From assembly GCA_016927065.1 (NCBI GenBank), contig JAFGNJ010000020.1:10923-74922 (forward strand): a stretch of 64,000 bases of DNA, in the 5' to 3' direction. Of this stretch, positions 49,717 to 59,845 are shown in pieces. This stretch comes from Deltaproteobacteria bacterium (GTDB lineage: Bacteria > Desulfobacterota > B13-G15 > RBG-16-54-18). How positions within the stretch are numbered: position 1 is the stretch's first letter; each line of letters begins with the position of its first letter. The notes beneath the pieces are model-generated. The model had not been told where the DNA came from. It did no database searches and worked only from the letters and a program-made list of their open reading frames with translations. A program made the position numbers and the translations under genes.

Positions 49717-50910
49717 TCAGCCTACTTTGAGTACAAGGGCGGCCCCTGTGTCTCCTGCTGCACAGCCAGCCCACAGCCCATAGCCGCCCCCAAGCAATAC
49801 CAGTTCCTCCACCAACTCGGCAATGAGCCTTCCTGCCGTGGGACTCTGGGGATGGCCATAAATCAAAGAGCTGCCATAATTGTTCATCCACATTACGTCA
49901 ATATCCATCTGTTTGGACATGTAAATATCGTTTACCGTGAAGGGATTATGGGTCTTGATCGCTTTCATGTCTGTGACCGTGAGTCCGGCGTTTTTCAGGG
50001 CCATCTGTGCAGCAGGTACGGGTGCTTGAGCCATAAAGGCCTTCTTTGCCCTGGCAAAACCATAAGACATGATCTGAATCTCTGTCTTGGGATCGACGCT
50101 TAATTCCCTGGCCTTTTCCCGGGACGTGACGATAAAGCCGCAGTTTCCATCCGCAGGATGGGTCTGGGATCCGAATGTCAAGACGCCGTTAGGCTCTACT
50201 GGCTTGAGCTTGGCCAATCCCTCCACCGTGCTGGGGGTAATGCCCTCATCTTCTTCGATCATGATGGTTTGCTTTCTGGATACCCGTACCTCAACTGGGA
50301 ACATGTACCGCTTCTGAAAGGCCCGGTTGTCCTTCAAGGAATCCAGATACTGCTCGTAACGCCGTAAGGCCACCGCATCGCTCTCTTGCCGGGTAATTCC
50401 GGCCTCCGCGGCCACATTTTCCGCCGTTTGAACCATCATCTTCCCGCCCCAGGGGTCAGTAAAATTGTCCATCATCCAGTTTTCTGACTCCACCTCTCCA
50501 CCCGGACCCAACGGCTGCGCCCATACGGTGTGCGGACCGTTGGAACACCGATCCGACATGAGGGCAAATGCCGTTTCATACGTACCAACCTCAATATTCA
50601 CCGCAGCAAGGTGAATACACGTCGCTGAAGTCGTGCAGGCCTGATTTACCATCAGCCCAGGCAGGTTCTTCTTGCCGTCAACCAGCATGCCTGCGGCCCA
50701 GTTGTGGCTGTGGAACATATAGTGCTGAGCCACGGTGATCCCATAGTACACATAGTCAACCACAGTAGGGTCTAACTCCCGACTTAAAAACCAACGTCTC
50801 GCCGTCTTCGCACCCAACTCAATGGCATTTTCATTTGCCATCTTCCCCTGCCAACGGCAAAAAGGGCTTGAATAATAACCGCTATAGGGTATATATGCCT
50901 TGGTCAACAT
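49717..50910 (-). CDS. Thiolase-family protein (atypical HNPF motif)
   Basis: NQACTTS, TAENVA, HPADG, YGHP, GCAAGD. Confidence 0.88.
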   Translation of the reverse strand: MLTKAYIPYSGYYSSPFCRWQGKMANENAIELGAKTARRWFLSRELDPTVVDYVYYGITVAQHYMFHSHNWAAGMLVDGKKNLPGLMVNQACTTSATCIHLAAVNIEVGTYETAFALMSDRCSNGPHTVWAQPLGPGGEVESENWMMDNFTDPWGGKMMVQTAENVAAEAGITRQESDAVALRRYEQYLDSLKDNRAFQKRYMFPVEVRVSRKQTIMIEEDEGITPSTVEGLAKLKPVEPNGVLTFGSQTHPADGNCGFIVTSREKARELSVDPKTEIQIMSYGFARAKKAFMAQAPVPAAQMALKNAGLTVTDMKAIKTHNPFTVNDIYMSKQMDIDVMWMNNYGSSLIYGHPQSPTAGRLIAELVEELVLLGGGYGLWAGCAAGDTGAALVLKVG

Positions 50911-50956
50911 GCCATTTCTCCTCACTAATTACATTATGTCTGTTCCTACAATAAGC

Positions 50957-52261
50957 CTAATAAGTGATAAAGCTCGGTAAAAAGGTAGCGATCTGCGGGA
51001 AAATAATTAATAGAGCCGTAACAATAATCAATGCCCCCAGGAAGGGGAATATCCCCTTAAATATATTCTCAAGGGGTACATCAGGGGCAATCCCCTTAAT
51101 GACAAATACATTGACCCCTACCGGCGGGGTGAGCACCCCCATCTCCCCTACGAGCACAATGATGACACCAAACCAGATCAAGTCAAAGCCGAGCTCCTTA
51201 ACGAGTGGGAAAAAGATGGGGACGGTAAGCACGATGAGGGCCATGGAATCCATAAAGAAGCCACCTACAAAATAGATGAAGATGATAACTATCATGACAG
51301 CCATAGGGGATATGGGGAGCCCCCCGAGCCACTCAGCCAGGACAAAGGGTATCCTTGATACCGCCATGAAGTGACCAAAGACAGTAGCCCCAGCGATAAT
51401 AAATAGTACCATGCACGCAGTTCGCACGCCTTCTTTGCCGGCCTCAAAAAATGAACGCCAACTGAGCTGTCGCCGGACCAAGCCGATGAGCAAGGCACCG
51501 CCGGCTCCGATTGCTCCGGCCTGGGTAGGGCTGAACCAGCCGAGAAAGAGCCCCCCTATGGCCAGAAGGAAGAGAATGACGGCTTCGATTATCCCTCCCG
51601 TAGCTCGCAGCTTCTCTTTGAAGCTGACGGGGGCCCCAGGGGGACCAATGGCGGGGTTGCGCCAGCAAAGCAAGGCCACGGTGGCGGCAAAAAAGATGCT
51701 CAGGAGAATCCCCGGCAAAACGCCGGCGATGAAGAGTTTGCCGATGGATTCCTCAGTCAAATACCCGTAGACGATGAGGATGGTGCTCGGCGGGATAAGG
51801 ATCCCAAGGGTGCCGGCTGCGGCAACGGTACCGGTGGCAAGTGTGTCATCGTACTTATACTTCTTCATTTCAGGAATCGCTATCTGGCCCATGGTAGCTG
51901 CCGTTGCCGTGCTCGACCCACAAATAGCACCAAAACCGGCACAGGCAAAGACGGTAGCCATGGTCAGGCCGCCCCTGAACTGCCCGATCCATGCATAGGT
52001 CGTCTGGTAAAGCCTTTTGCTGATCCCCGAAGCAAAAGCGAAGGTCCCCATGAGGATAAACATGGGGATAACGCTCAATGGATAATTGGTAAAATCTTCG
52101 AAGATATCGCGGCCGATAAGACCCAGTGCCGCTTCTGGGGTAGTTAAATAAGTAAAGCCAACAAATCCTACCAATGCCATGGCAAAGGCCACCGGCATCC
52201 TGAGCAAAAAGAGTAAGACGAGAAGGGCAATGCCGATGCAGCCTACGGTGACTGGGTTCAT
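50957..52261 (-). CDS. dctM: TRAP transporter large permease
   Basis: IPMFILMG, GSSTATAA, GTLGILIPPS, TPPVGVN. Confidence 0.93.
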   Translation of the reverse strand: MNPVTVGCIGIALLVLLFLLRMPVAFAMALVGFVGFTYLTTPEAALGLIGRDIFEDFTNYPLSVIPMFILMGTFAFASGISKRLYQTTYAWIGQFRGGLTMATVFACAGFGAICGSSTATAATMGQIAIPEMKKYKYDDTLATGTVAAAGTLGILIPPSTILIVYGYLTEESIGKLFIAGVLPGILLSIFFAATVALLCWRNPAIGPPGAPVSFKEKLRATGGIIEAVILFLLAIGGLFLGWFSPTQAGAIGAGGALLIGLVRRQLSWRSFFEAGKEGVRTACMVLFIIAGATVFGHFMAVSRIPFVLAEWLGGLPISPMAVMIVIIFIYFVGGFFMDSMALIVLTVPIFFPLVKELGFDLIWFGVIIVLVGEMGVLTPPVGVNVFVIKGIAPDVPLENIFKGIFPFLGALIIVTALLIIFPQIATFLPSFITY

Positions 52262-52749
52262 CTCTGCTCCTTCTTGGTAAGTGATTTAAGAAATCTCAAG
52301 AAAAATACCACACCGACGGGAATACAGGCGAGGGCAATGCCATAGGCGAAAGGGTAATAGGGTATGTGGATAGTGGCACTATAGTCCCCTGAGGTTTGCA
52401 ATAAATAACCAAGCGCAGCGAGGCGCCACACAATCACCATGAAGAGCCCTAAGCCGAGAAACAGCACAACGCTATTGACAATTGCTCCGAGACGCCGTGG
52501 CAGCAGTTTGACAAAGAATTCTACCTGAATATGCCGGCCTAGAATCAGCGCCATGCTGGCACCAAAGGCGATTGCCACTGTCTGGGCAAGCATCACGATG
52601 TCAAGGGATCCCGGGAGAGGCCACCGAAAGACCTTGGCCCCCACGACATCGATGCAGGTAACAACCATCATCACCAGCAGCCCAAGAAACGCGAGCCACT
52701 CAAACCATTCACTTAACCGACGATTATACCGTTCTATTTTATCTAACAC
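52258..52749 (-). CDS. dctQ: TRAP transporter small permease
   Basis: 4 TM segments, DVVG, HIQVE; GTG start after GGAGG. Confidence 0.88.
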   Translation of the reverse strand: MLDKIERYNRRLSEWFEWLAFLGLLVMMVVTCIDVVGAKVFRWPLPGSLDIVMLAQTVAIAFGASMALILGRHIQVEFFVKLLPRRLGAIVNSVVLFLGLGLFMVIVWRLAALGYLLQTSGDYSATIHIPYYPFAYGIALACIPVGVVFFLRFLKSLTKKEQR

Positions 52750-52770
52750 TGAACCTCCCTCACCATCCTC

Positions 52771-52803
52771 GGGGTGAGCGCGGGCTTTGCCCGCGCTCAC
52801 CCC
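52771..52803. terminator. 15-bp GC-rich hairpin between dctP and dctQ (mRNA-stabilising or attenuating)
   Basis: GGGGTGAGCGCGGGC-TTT-GCCCGCGCTCACCCC. Confidence 0.7.
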
Positions 52804-52908
52804 ATAAGGTCTGTACTATAGAGTAATAAACAATCCGAGGCGATCACCCGTACATCCCCCAGCTTATATGCCTGGCGTTAGGGGACTTTCCTCAGAGGAT
52901 CAGTTTGT

Positions 52909-54024
52909 TTATTTTAGCATCAGGGCCTTAGGTTTCAACTCCGGAGGCCCGACTGCTGATGGGATGCGCAATTCTATCTGCTTCTGCTTCCAGAATTCAG
53001 CTCGATCCTGCAGGAATTTGATCCACCCTTTCACCTCTGCCTCGGAATATCCTTTCCCTACCATGGTTTTCACATAATCACCGAATACCGGTTCAACAGC
53101 TGTCTGCCATCTCTTAAGCTCACTCGGGGACAGTTCAATAAATGTTACCCCTTTCTCCTTCCCAAATTTTTCACCGACGAAATCTATGGCATTCCACATC
53201 AGGATATATCGCTCCTTGTACTCTCCAACAAGCTTGTCAAAGATAGGCTTAATGTCTGCCGGCAACTTCTCATAGCTCTTCTTGTTCATCGCCAGATAAA
53301 AGGGATAGGGATGGTTAATCGGCCAGATTGACGTCTCATATTTTACCACTTCAGCAAACTTGAAGGCGAACAGTGTTTCATAGTTTGAAGCCTCCCCATC
53401 AATAACACCTTTGGCCATCGCATCATACACCTCCGGCATCGGCGTGGGGGCTGGGGTTCCACCCAGTGCCTTCATAACTTCGCCAGCCATCCCCGGTGCC
53501 CGTATGGTGAGTCCCTTAAGGTCTTCCAGCCTGCGTATCGGCTTCTTGGTAGTGGCTATACCACTCGGAGGGGATGCATTCATCCAGAGCACTTTCACCG
53601 CATCAAATTCCTTGGGCCTAAATTCTTGGTAGAAATCATTCATGACCTGACTCGCTACCCAGCCACTGGCATAGCCGATAGGCAAACCACAGGCTTCGGT
53701 AACCAGCATACGCCCGGGGGTGTAATACACATGGGAGTACCCGATGTCGGCGATTCCGTTCACTACCCCATCAAACGTCGCCGTGGATTTCAGCAATGAT
53801 TGCCCTGCATAGTAATCAACCTTCACCTGGCCATTGGTGCGCTTTTCTAAGTCCCGACAAAACTCTTCTAACACCTTAGATTGAAAAGCCGGGGTACCAA
53901 AGTAATTAGCTACCTTGAGCCTTATCACCTTTGCATGGGCCTTTCCGGTAGGTAAGACAGTTGCCATAAGCCCTACAAAAAGAACCGCCACTAAGACTGC
54001 CATTAATATTTTTTCCAGTCTCAT
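52909..54024 (-). CDS. dctP: TRAP transporter substrate-binding protein
   Basis: Signal peptide; RTNGQVKV, DLKGLTIR, EVYDAMAKGVIDG. Confidence 0.92.
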   Translation of the reverse strand: MRLEKILMAVLVAVLFVGLMATVLPTGKAHAKVIRLKVANYFGTPAFQSKVLEEFCRDLEKRTNGQVKVDYYAGQSLLKSTATFDGVVNGIADIGYSHVYYTPGRMLVTEACGLPIGYASGWVASQVMNDFYQEFRPKEFDAVKVLWMNASPPSGIATTKKPIRRLEDLKGLTIRAPGMAGEVMKALGGTPAPTPMPEVYDAMAKGVIDGEASNYETLFAFKFAEVVKYETSIWPINHPYPFYLAMNKKSYEKLPADIKPIFDKLVGEYKERYILMWNAIDFVGEKFGKEKGVTFIELSPSELKRWQTAVEPVFGDYVKTMVGKGYSEAEVKGWIKFLQDRAEFWKQKQIELRIPSAVGPPELKPKALMLK

Positions 54025-54220
54025 TTGTCATACCTCCTTTTTTGTTGATACATTACGTCATGACATGCAACATTCATCAAAAACTTCTTCCTCCTCTCAC
54101 AGTGCACTAGAATCCATCATGGAGCAAAAACCTATGAATCTCACCTCCTTTCAAGTTCGTATATAGAACCTTGCTCAACACCTCGAATCAATCATGATGA
54201 TCAGCTCAGCAAGGGTATAC

Positions 54221-54397
54221 TCACCATAGATCTTGCACATCACTGATATTGAGTTCCAGCATCTTGATGCTGGCCAGTATACGATCCAGGTTTCTCTCCA
54301 CCGCCTGAATTCCATCGGCCATCTCTTTCAATTCTTCAGCATCGTGGCGCATCCGCTGAATGATCACATCTAGCGCCTTTATATCCACACTCTCCAT
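54221..54397 (-). CDS. Small coiled-coil hypothetical protein (58 aa)
   Basis: ATG one base after the paaK-like stop; MESVDIKALD...RNLDRILASIKMLELNISD. Confidence 0.65.
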   Translation of the reverse strand: MESVDIKALDVIIQRMRHDAEELKEMADGIQAVERNLDRILASIKMLELNISDVQDLW

Positions 54398-54398
54398 A

Positions 54399-55739
54399 TC
54401 ACCCTTTCTTCTCACGCAGGTCCTTAAACCTCTTAGCTTTAACCTCATATCGGGGTAACGAGCCCCAGGGATGAACCTCTATTCGGTAACCGAGGTTGGT
54501 CTTCAATCGCAACTGATCCTTTAACCGGGATAAAATGTTTTCTTTCTCTTTTTCTCTTTCAGGCCTTATCTCGATCTTTAAAAAAATATCATCGATATCA
54601 CCTTTCTTGCTGACAATCACCTCATACTCATCCCCAAGTTCGGGGATGCTCCGCACCACCTCCTCTATGGCCGTGGGTGCTAAAAGAACACCCTTCACCT
54701 TGGTGATGTCATCAGCGCGCCCGACAATTCCACCATCAATGATCCGAAAGGTCCTGCCGCAACTACACTGATAATCTGCCCACCGAATTACGTCTTTGGA
54801 GTCAAAGCGAATACAGGGTTTTGCATGTCGATCCAGCGCAGTGATGACCATCTTTCCGTTCTTGCCCGGCTCGGTAATGATCTCGCCGGTCTCCACATCT
54901 TCAATCTCCACTAAGAAAAAGGCCTCGTTGACATGCAACCCGCCCGGCTGTTCCGTACATTCATAACTCCATGCCCCGATCTCAGTAGCCCCAATATGAT
55001 CATAGACTTTGGCGCCCCATGCCTCCTCCATCCTTTTTTTGGTAGTGGGGATACTTGCCCCTGGCTCGCCTGCGCAGGTGATTCGGTTAATAGTAAGGTC
55101 TTTTGCCGGATCGATCCCCAGCCTGTTACGGGCTGTGTCCGCCATCCCCAGAACGTAGGTCGGCGTGGCCAAAAAGCTTGTGCACTTGAGTTCTTGCATC
55201 TTGAGGATCCTGGCCTGGGTGTCTAAAACGCCTCCGGGAACGACTTCAGCACCGAGCTTCTCCGCCGCATAATGTCCGGCCCAGAAGGCGACGAAAATAT
55301 TATAGCCGAAGGGCAAAAATACCCTGTCGGTATCACGATAACCCTGAGAGTAGAGAATGTAGCACCAACACTCTGCCCACCAATCCCAGTCCTGCCATGT
55401 GTCGGCCTGGTAAACAGGCGTCCCCGTAGTTCCGCTGGTTTGTCTGAAGACGGTTACTTGCTCAAGGGGGACAGCAAGCATATCACCATAGGGGAAGGGC
55501 TCGTGCTGCTGGACTTCTCTCATCATCCCCTTCTCGATCTTCGGGATCTTCCGAACATCTTCATATGTTTTTATATCCCCCGGTTCGAAACCCGCCTCTT
55601 TATAGAGCCTGTTGTAAAAGGGGGAATGTTCATAGGCCAATACTACGATACGCTTGAATTTTTTTAGTTGTAGGGTTTGAAGTTTTTCCTGTGGGAGGGT
55701 TTCAGTAATAGGATTCCAATATGCCTGCTCACTGAGCAT
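54399..55739 (-). CDS. paaK: Phenylacetate-CoA ligase family protein
   Basis: TSGTTGTP, TPTY, AGEPG, GATE, GRADD..VKGV. Confidence 0.85.
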   Translation of the reverse strand: MLSEQAYWNPITETLPQEKLQTLQLKKFKRIVVLAYEHSPFYNRLYKEAGFEPGDIKTYEDVRKIPKIEKGMMREVQQHEPFPYGDMLAVPLEQVTVFRQTSGTTGTPVYQADTWQDWDWWAECWCYILYSQGYRDTDRVFLPFGYNIFVAFWAGHYAAEKLGAEVVPGGVLDTQARILKMQELKCTSFLATPTYVLGMADTARNRLGIDPAKDLTINRITCAGEPGASIPTTKKRMEEAWGAKVYDHIGATEIGAWSYECTEQPGGLHVNEAFFLVEIEDVETGEIITEPGKNGKMVITALDRHAKPCIRFDSKDVIRWADYQCSCGRTFRIIDGGIVGRADDITKVKGVLLAPTAIEEVVRSIPELGDEYEVIVSKKGDIDDIFLKIEIRPEREKEKENILSRLKDQLRLKTNLGYRIEVHPWGSLPRYEVKAKRFKDLREKKG

Positions 55740-56613
55740 ACGATGGTCTCCTCCGCGTATCGTGTGTATCACTCGTTGTTACAAATAACTCTTCACGAGT
55801 TATCCTCTCATAAATCTGCTCAACATCCGCTCCGAAAATATAAGAGATTTTTCTGGCGAATTCCGCTACCTTGTTTCCGTATTGGTCAGCCAAAGTCTCA
55901 TCAAAGACGCCAACGACAACTAAACATGCAACCACTTTCCCATTGTGGCCAAAGACCGGGGCCGCAACGGAATTATATCGAGTATCTATTTCGCCGAGAT
56001 CCTGTGCAAACCCCACCTCTCGACACCTGTCAAGCTCTTCCCTCAACTGTTCCATATTCACCGGTGAGGTATCACTGTAAAACCAGAGCTTTTCTGACGC
56101 GAGGATTTGCTCCCGTTCATCGTATGGGAGGAACGCCAAGATGGCCTTGCCGTGAGACCTGTAGGTCAGGGGAAATCTGTACCCGAGTCGTATCGATATG
56201 TTTACCCCACTGTAGGCTTCATGTTTGGCTATCACAAAGAGGTGGCTATCGACTATCAATCCAAAGAATGCTGTGCTTTGTGTCTCTTTGGCAAGAGACT
56301 CAAGGAACGGGGCTACTTTCTCCTGATTATATATATTATCCAAAACTCTCCCCGAAAGAAAAATAAGAGCCGGCCCCAAAGAGTACGTTTTTGTCTGAGG
56401 GTCTTTTTCGATAAAACCAAAATTCTTTAGGGTATGCAAGATTGAATATCCCTTGCTCTTATGAATACCTACCTGCTGGCAGATGTCCGTGAGCCTCATT
56501 TTGAACGTTTGATTCTTCGCTAAACAAAGAAGAATTTGTGATGCCTGCTGCACGGCTGGAACCAAAGGCGCATACCCTGTTTTGGATTTATTTGTTTGCT
56601 TAATCTCGGTCAT
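55729..56613 (-). CDS. IclR-family transcriptional regulator
   Basis: N-terminal HTH (HKSKGYSIL..YSLG); HGKAILA, GFAQD, SVAAPVF. Confidence 0.92.
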   Translation of the reverse strand: MTEIKQTNKSKTGYAPLVPAVQQASQILLCLAKNQTFKMRLTDICQQVGIHKSKGYSILHTLKNFGFIEKDPQTKTYSLGPALIFLSGRVLDNIYNQEKVAPFLESLAKETQSTAFFGLIVDSHLFVIAKHEAYSGVNISIRLGYRFPLTYRSHGKAILAFLPYDEREQILASEKLWFYSDTSPVNMEQLREELDRCREVGFAQDLGEIDTRYNSVAAPVFGHNGKVVACLVVVGVFDETLADQYGNKVAEFARKISYIFGADVEQIYERITREELFVTTSDTHDTRRRPSYAQ

Positions 56614-56677
56614 TGTGAATTTTCAATGAGGTATCATTAAAAAACGACGAATAAATACTAGTATAAGTTAACCTAAA

Positions 56678-56710
56678 TTCTATATAGAGAAAATTATTCT
56701 GTGTAGAGAA
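56678..56710. promoter_or_regulatory. Tandem near-palindromic operator upstream of iclR
   Basis: TTCTATATAGAGAA and TTCTGTGTAGAGAA, starts 19 bp apart. Confidence 0.55.
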
Positions 56711-56939
56711 TTTGTATGCTTATATAACATCTTTAAAACTAGGTGTCAAGCAAAAAACTAGATTAGGAGTAGGTTACAAGATATCTGGTATTTACGATGG
56801 CTGTTCGTATGGATTGATTCAGTTGCTATTGAGAAATACCGGAGGAGAAGGATATCAAATGTGTATAGTGCCAATATTCAGTTTTCATCACTGTATTGTT
56901 GCCAGGAGGACCAGGTGGGAACACGTTCGGCTTGTTCGA

Positions 56940-57854
56940 CTAGGACCCTCTCGCTGTAGTCCTCCTCCAATTCACGAAGAAAATCCCCAGAGAGACCAAA
57001 GAGAGCCCCACCATCAAAAAATAAGTAAATTCCTCATTTAGAAAAATGACGCCGAAAAGGACCCCGAACATGGGGGTCAAAAAAGTAAAGGCGGAAAGCC
57101 TACTTGCGGAATAGCTGTGTATGAGCTTGAACCAGACAAAGTAACTGAGAAAGGCGACAATGACCGATTGATAGAACAGTGAGGTGGCGATAGTAAGATC
57201 GATCTTTGAGATCCATTGTGGCTCAATGATTAGGCTTACTGCCAAGAGGATGGGAATAGAAAAAACAAGCTGGTACAGAAAGGTGTTGATGGGGTGGACC
57301 TTTCCCGCCATGTATCTTTTAATATAGATTGTAGTCGCGCCCCACAGGAAGGCCGCCATAATTTCCAAGATATCCCCGATGAACATGGTCGGCTTGGCAG
57401 ATTGCGGTCTTCCCTGGAAGACAATAACGATGCCGGCAAAGGCACACATGAGACCAATGATCTTTAACATAGTCAATCGATCGCCCTTTAAAAAGAAATG
57501 GGCCCCTATGGCCACCACAAAAGGACTCAGATAGACGAAAATCGAGGACCGGGCAGCATCTGTGTACAACAACCCTAAGTATAAACAGGCGAATTCCAGT
57601 CCGAACAAAAGACCTACCATGAAGCCATGAAAGAGCATGATATCGGTGTGGAATAGACGTTCACCTTTCCGTATGCAGTAGATCACTCCGCACATCGAGG
57701 CGATGATGGAACGCAGCGCACAGGCAAAGACAGGAGATATCCCTTGATTTGAAAATTTTACGGCAGTGTAGTTAAATCCCCATAGGATGGTCAAGATGAC
57801 GAGGGTCACGATGGCCCTCAGATCTAAATAGTCCTTGCTCATCCCGTTTTCCAT
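56940..57854 (-). CDS. DMT/EamA family transporter
   Basis: LWG, R, YLSPF..GDRL, FLTPMFG; about 10 TM segments. Confidence 0.9.
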   Translation of the reverse strand: MENGMSKDYLDLRAIVTLVILTILWGFNYTAVKFSNQGISPVFACALRSIIASMCGVIYCIRKGERLFHTDIMLFHGFMVGLLFGLEFACLYLGLLYTDAARSSIFVYLSPFVVAIGAHFFLKGDRLTMLKIIGLMCAFAGIVIVFQGRPQSAKPTMFIGDILEIMAAFLWGATTIYIKRYMAGKVHPINTFLYQLVFSIPILLAVSLIIEPQWISKIDLTIATSLFYQSVIVAFLSYFVWFKLIHSYSASRLSAFTFLTPMFGVLFGVIFLNEEFTYFLMVGLSLVSLGIFFVNWRRTTARGS

Positions 57855-58231
57855 TTCTTGCTCCTGAAATGTTAGTTCACTACGAAAACCGTGTGCATAA
57901 GTAATGCACGTAGCCAAAACTCTGACAAAAGATTAGCAAAACGCGGCGTGTTTCACAAGAATTTTTGACATGATAATATGATAATAACCCATGCGCTATA
58001 TAGCGAGTATACTATAGACTATGAAGTCTGGGAAAAAACATCCTGTTGGTGAAAATTTCCCACGGGGTCAAGTAAAAAGCCCCTATATGTTCCTTGAAAA
58101 ACTGATGCAGAGGATCATCCACACCGTGAGAAGCCTACAATGGGATCCCCCTCCATGCCTTATCGTTTTGCTCTTTTTTAGTTTGTTCTCTGGGGCTGTA
58201 AGGAGTAAGTTTAGTTGCAAAATGCAGCCTT

Positions 58232-59578
58232 CTAGTGCACCAGTTTTTTATCTCTCTCAAAATTAAAGCCGTCATCCTGGTCAGGGGTGTGACATTGGAG
58301 GCAGAGATCTTGATTGACGACAGGGGGTGCATTCTCCTTTTGAGACGTACCCGATTGGAACTCGATATGCCCCTCCATCCTCCCGTGACACTGTGTGCAC
58401 TGAATCCCTGCATACTCAGGCGTCTTTCCCCACGAGACAAAGCCACCCTTGAGGTAATAGGTGGTGTGGCAGATTATACATTCTGGATTCTGGTGTTCAT
58501 TTGTCTCAATCAGCGACTCAATGGCATGGGCATGGGGTGTTTCCTTCCATGTGTTGTAGATATCACTGTGACAACTTTGACAATCCGTCGCCCGCAAGAC
58601 CGGTGGAAACTGGGCAGCAACCTCCTCATCATGCTTTTTCGTGAGTTCCTTTGACAACTGTGCAACACGTTCAAGATACCGTGCATATGTACTAATTAGG
58701 AGGGGATCTCCCGGAACAGTTTGATCGAGAGGAATAAGTTTGTTAGCAAAACTCCACGTCCCTCCGGTGCGGTAGACATCCACCCTGCCGAGATATTGAC
58801 CCTCGCTCCCCGCACAGAGCAGGAGCGAATCATCGATATTCACCGGCGTTTTTAATTCTGCCAAACAGTGAGATAGAATCACGATGTCTATACCCTTATG
58901 TCTTTTTACAAATGCGCTTGTCTGGGACATATCTCCATGAAGCATGGCGACGATGAGATCGGCATTTTTTCTTGCGTAGGCCAACTGCTCCAATGCGGTC
59001 TTTTCGGAAGCATCTAGTGCCCAGTACATTTTTGCCGCTTCCGGTATGTGGCCGCCGACAAAGAAGCTTACTATACCAATACTGACTCCACCCCTGCGGA
59101 GGATAAGGGGCTTGCTGCACAGCCTTGTGCCCTGAAATGATACATTGAGGGTTGCCAAAGGGACCCGTGAGGCCTTGGCTTTCTGCAACGCGTTATACGT
59201 ATCTCGTTGCATCAACATTTCGCGCGTGCCTATACTGATAGCGTCATATTGCATCTGGTGGAACGATTCGAGGAGCGCCTCGAACTTGATCTCACCCTGC
59301 TGACTGTATATAGGAGCAAACTCTCCGGCATCAATCACAATCGTTGGAATATTTTGCCGTCTGACCTCATTGATCTTGGTAGCTCGCCGAGCTATTCCTC
59401 CCAGGGGGTTGCTCCCTCAGCCGCAGGGTTCAAGAGTGCCCTGTAGATCGTTGGTGTAAAAGATAGCTATGTGCTTTTCATGTTGCTCACAGTACGAACA
59501 AAAATGATTATGCAGCAACACCATAATAACCCCAGCGAGAAGTATGGTTGCGAATAACTTTATCGAGCTTCGCTTCAT
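58232..59578 (-). CDS. Exported UshA-like selenoprotein (CGU motif) fused to a tetraheme cytochrome c (c554-like)
   Basis: RBS AAGGAG, ATG at 59578, signal peptide, FYTNDLQGTLEPCG-TGA(59419-59417)-GSNPLGGIARRAT..IDAGE in frame with the ORF track's 368-aa ORF; CQSCH, CIICH, CTQCH, CLQCH. Confidence 0.87.
59375..59416 (-). promoter_or_regulatory. Putative SECIS element of the UshA-like selenoprotein
   Basis: About 22 nt 3' of the TGA: stem TAGCTC-GGC-GAGCTA, extendable by TGG/CCA. Confidence 0.55.
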
Positions 59579-59845
59579 TTCTAACTATTCTCCTTATCTT
59601 GGAAATATTTCACTGTTATTGTACCTTAAAAACAACGCTTGGAGAAGGTAAAATAAAAGCTAAGCGTGTATGCTCAAAGCTTAGCACAACAAAAAACAAG
59701 AAAAAACTTTCTATTATTTTATAGCAACTTCTCAAAAAAGTCCTTTTTATTGCCTAGTCTCAGTTATTAAATAATATAATAAATTTAAACGCCTTTACAA
59801 TTAAAAATAATCCCCTTATAATTTTATTAGCGGAGTTTAATCACT

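Noticed and set aside
57965..57990. Fur-box-like TGATAATATGATAAT
   Set aside because: Two GATAAT hexamers, but no inverted half-site and the wrong spacing
56712..58266. Intergenic ORFs 56712-57041 and 58021-58266 (also 61668-61961)
   Set aside because: No RBS or recognisable motif, and they overlap real genes or regulatory DNA
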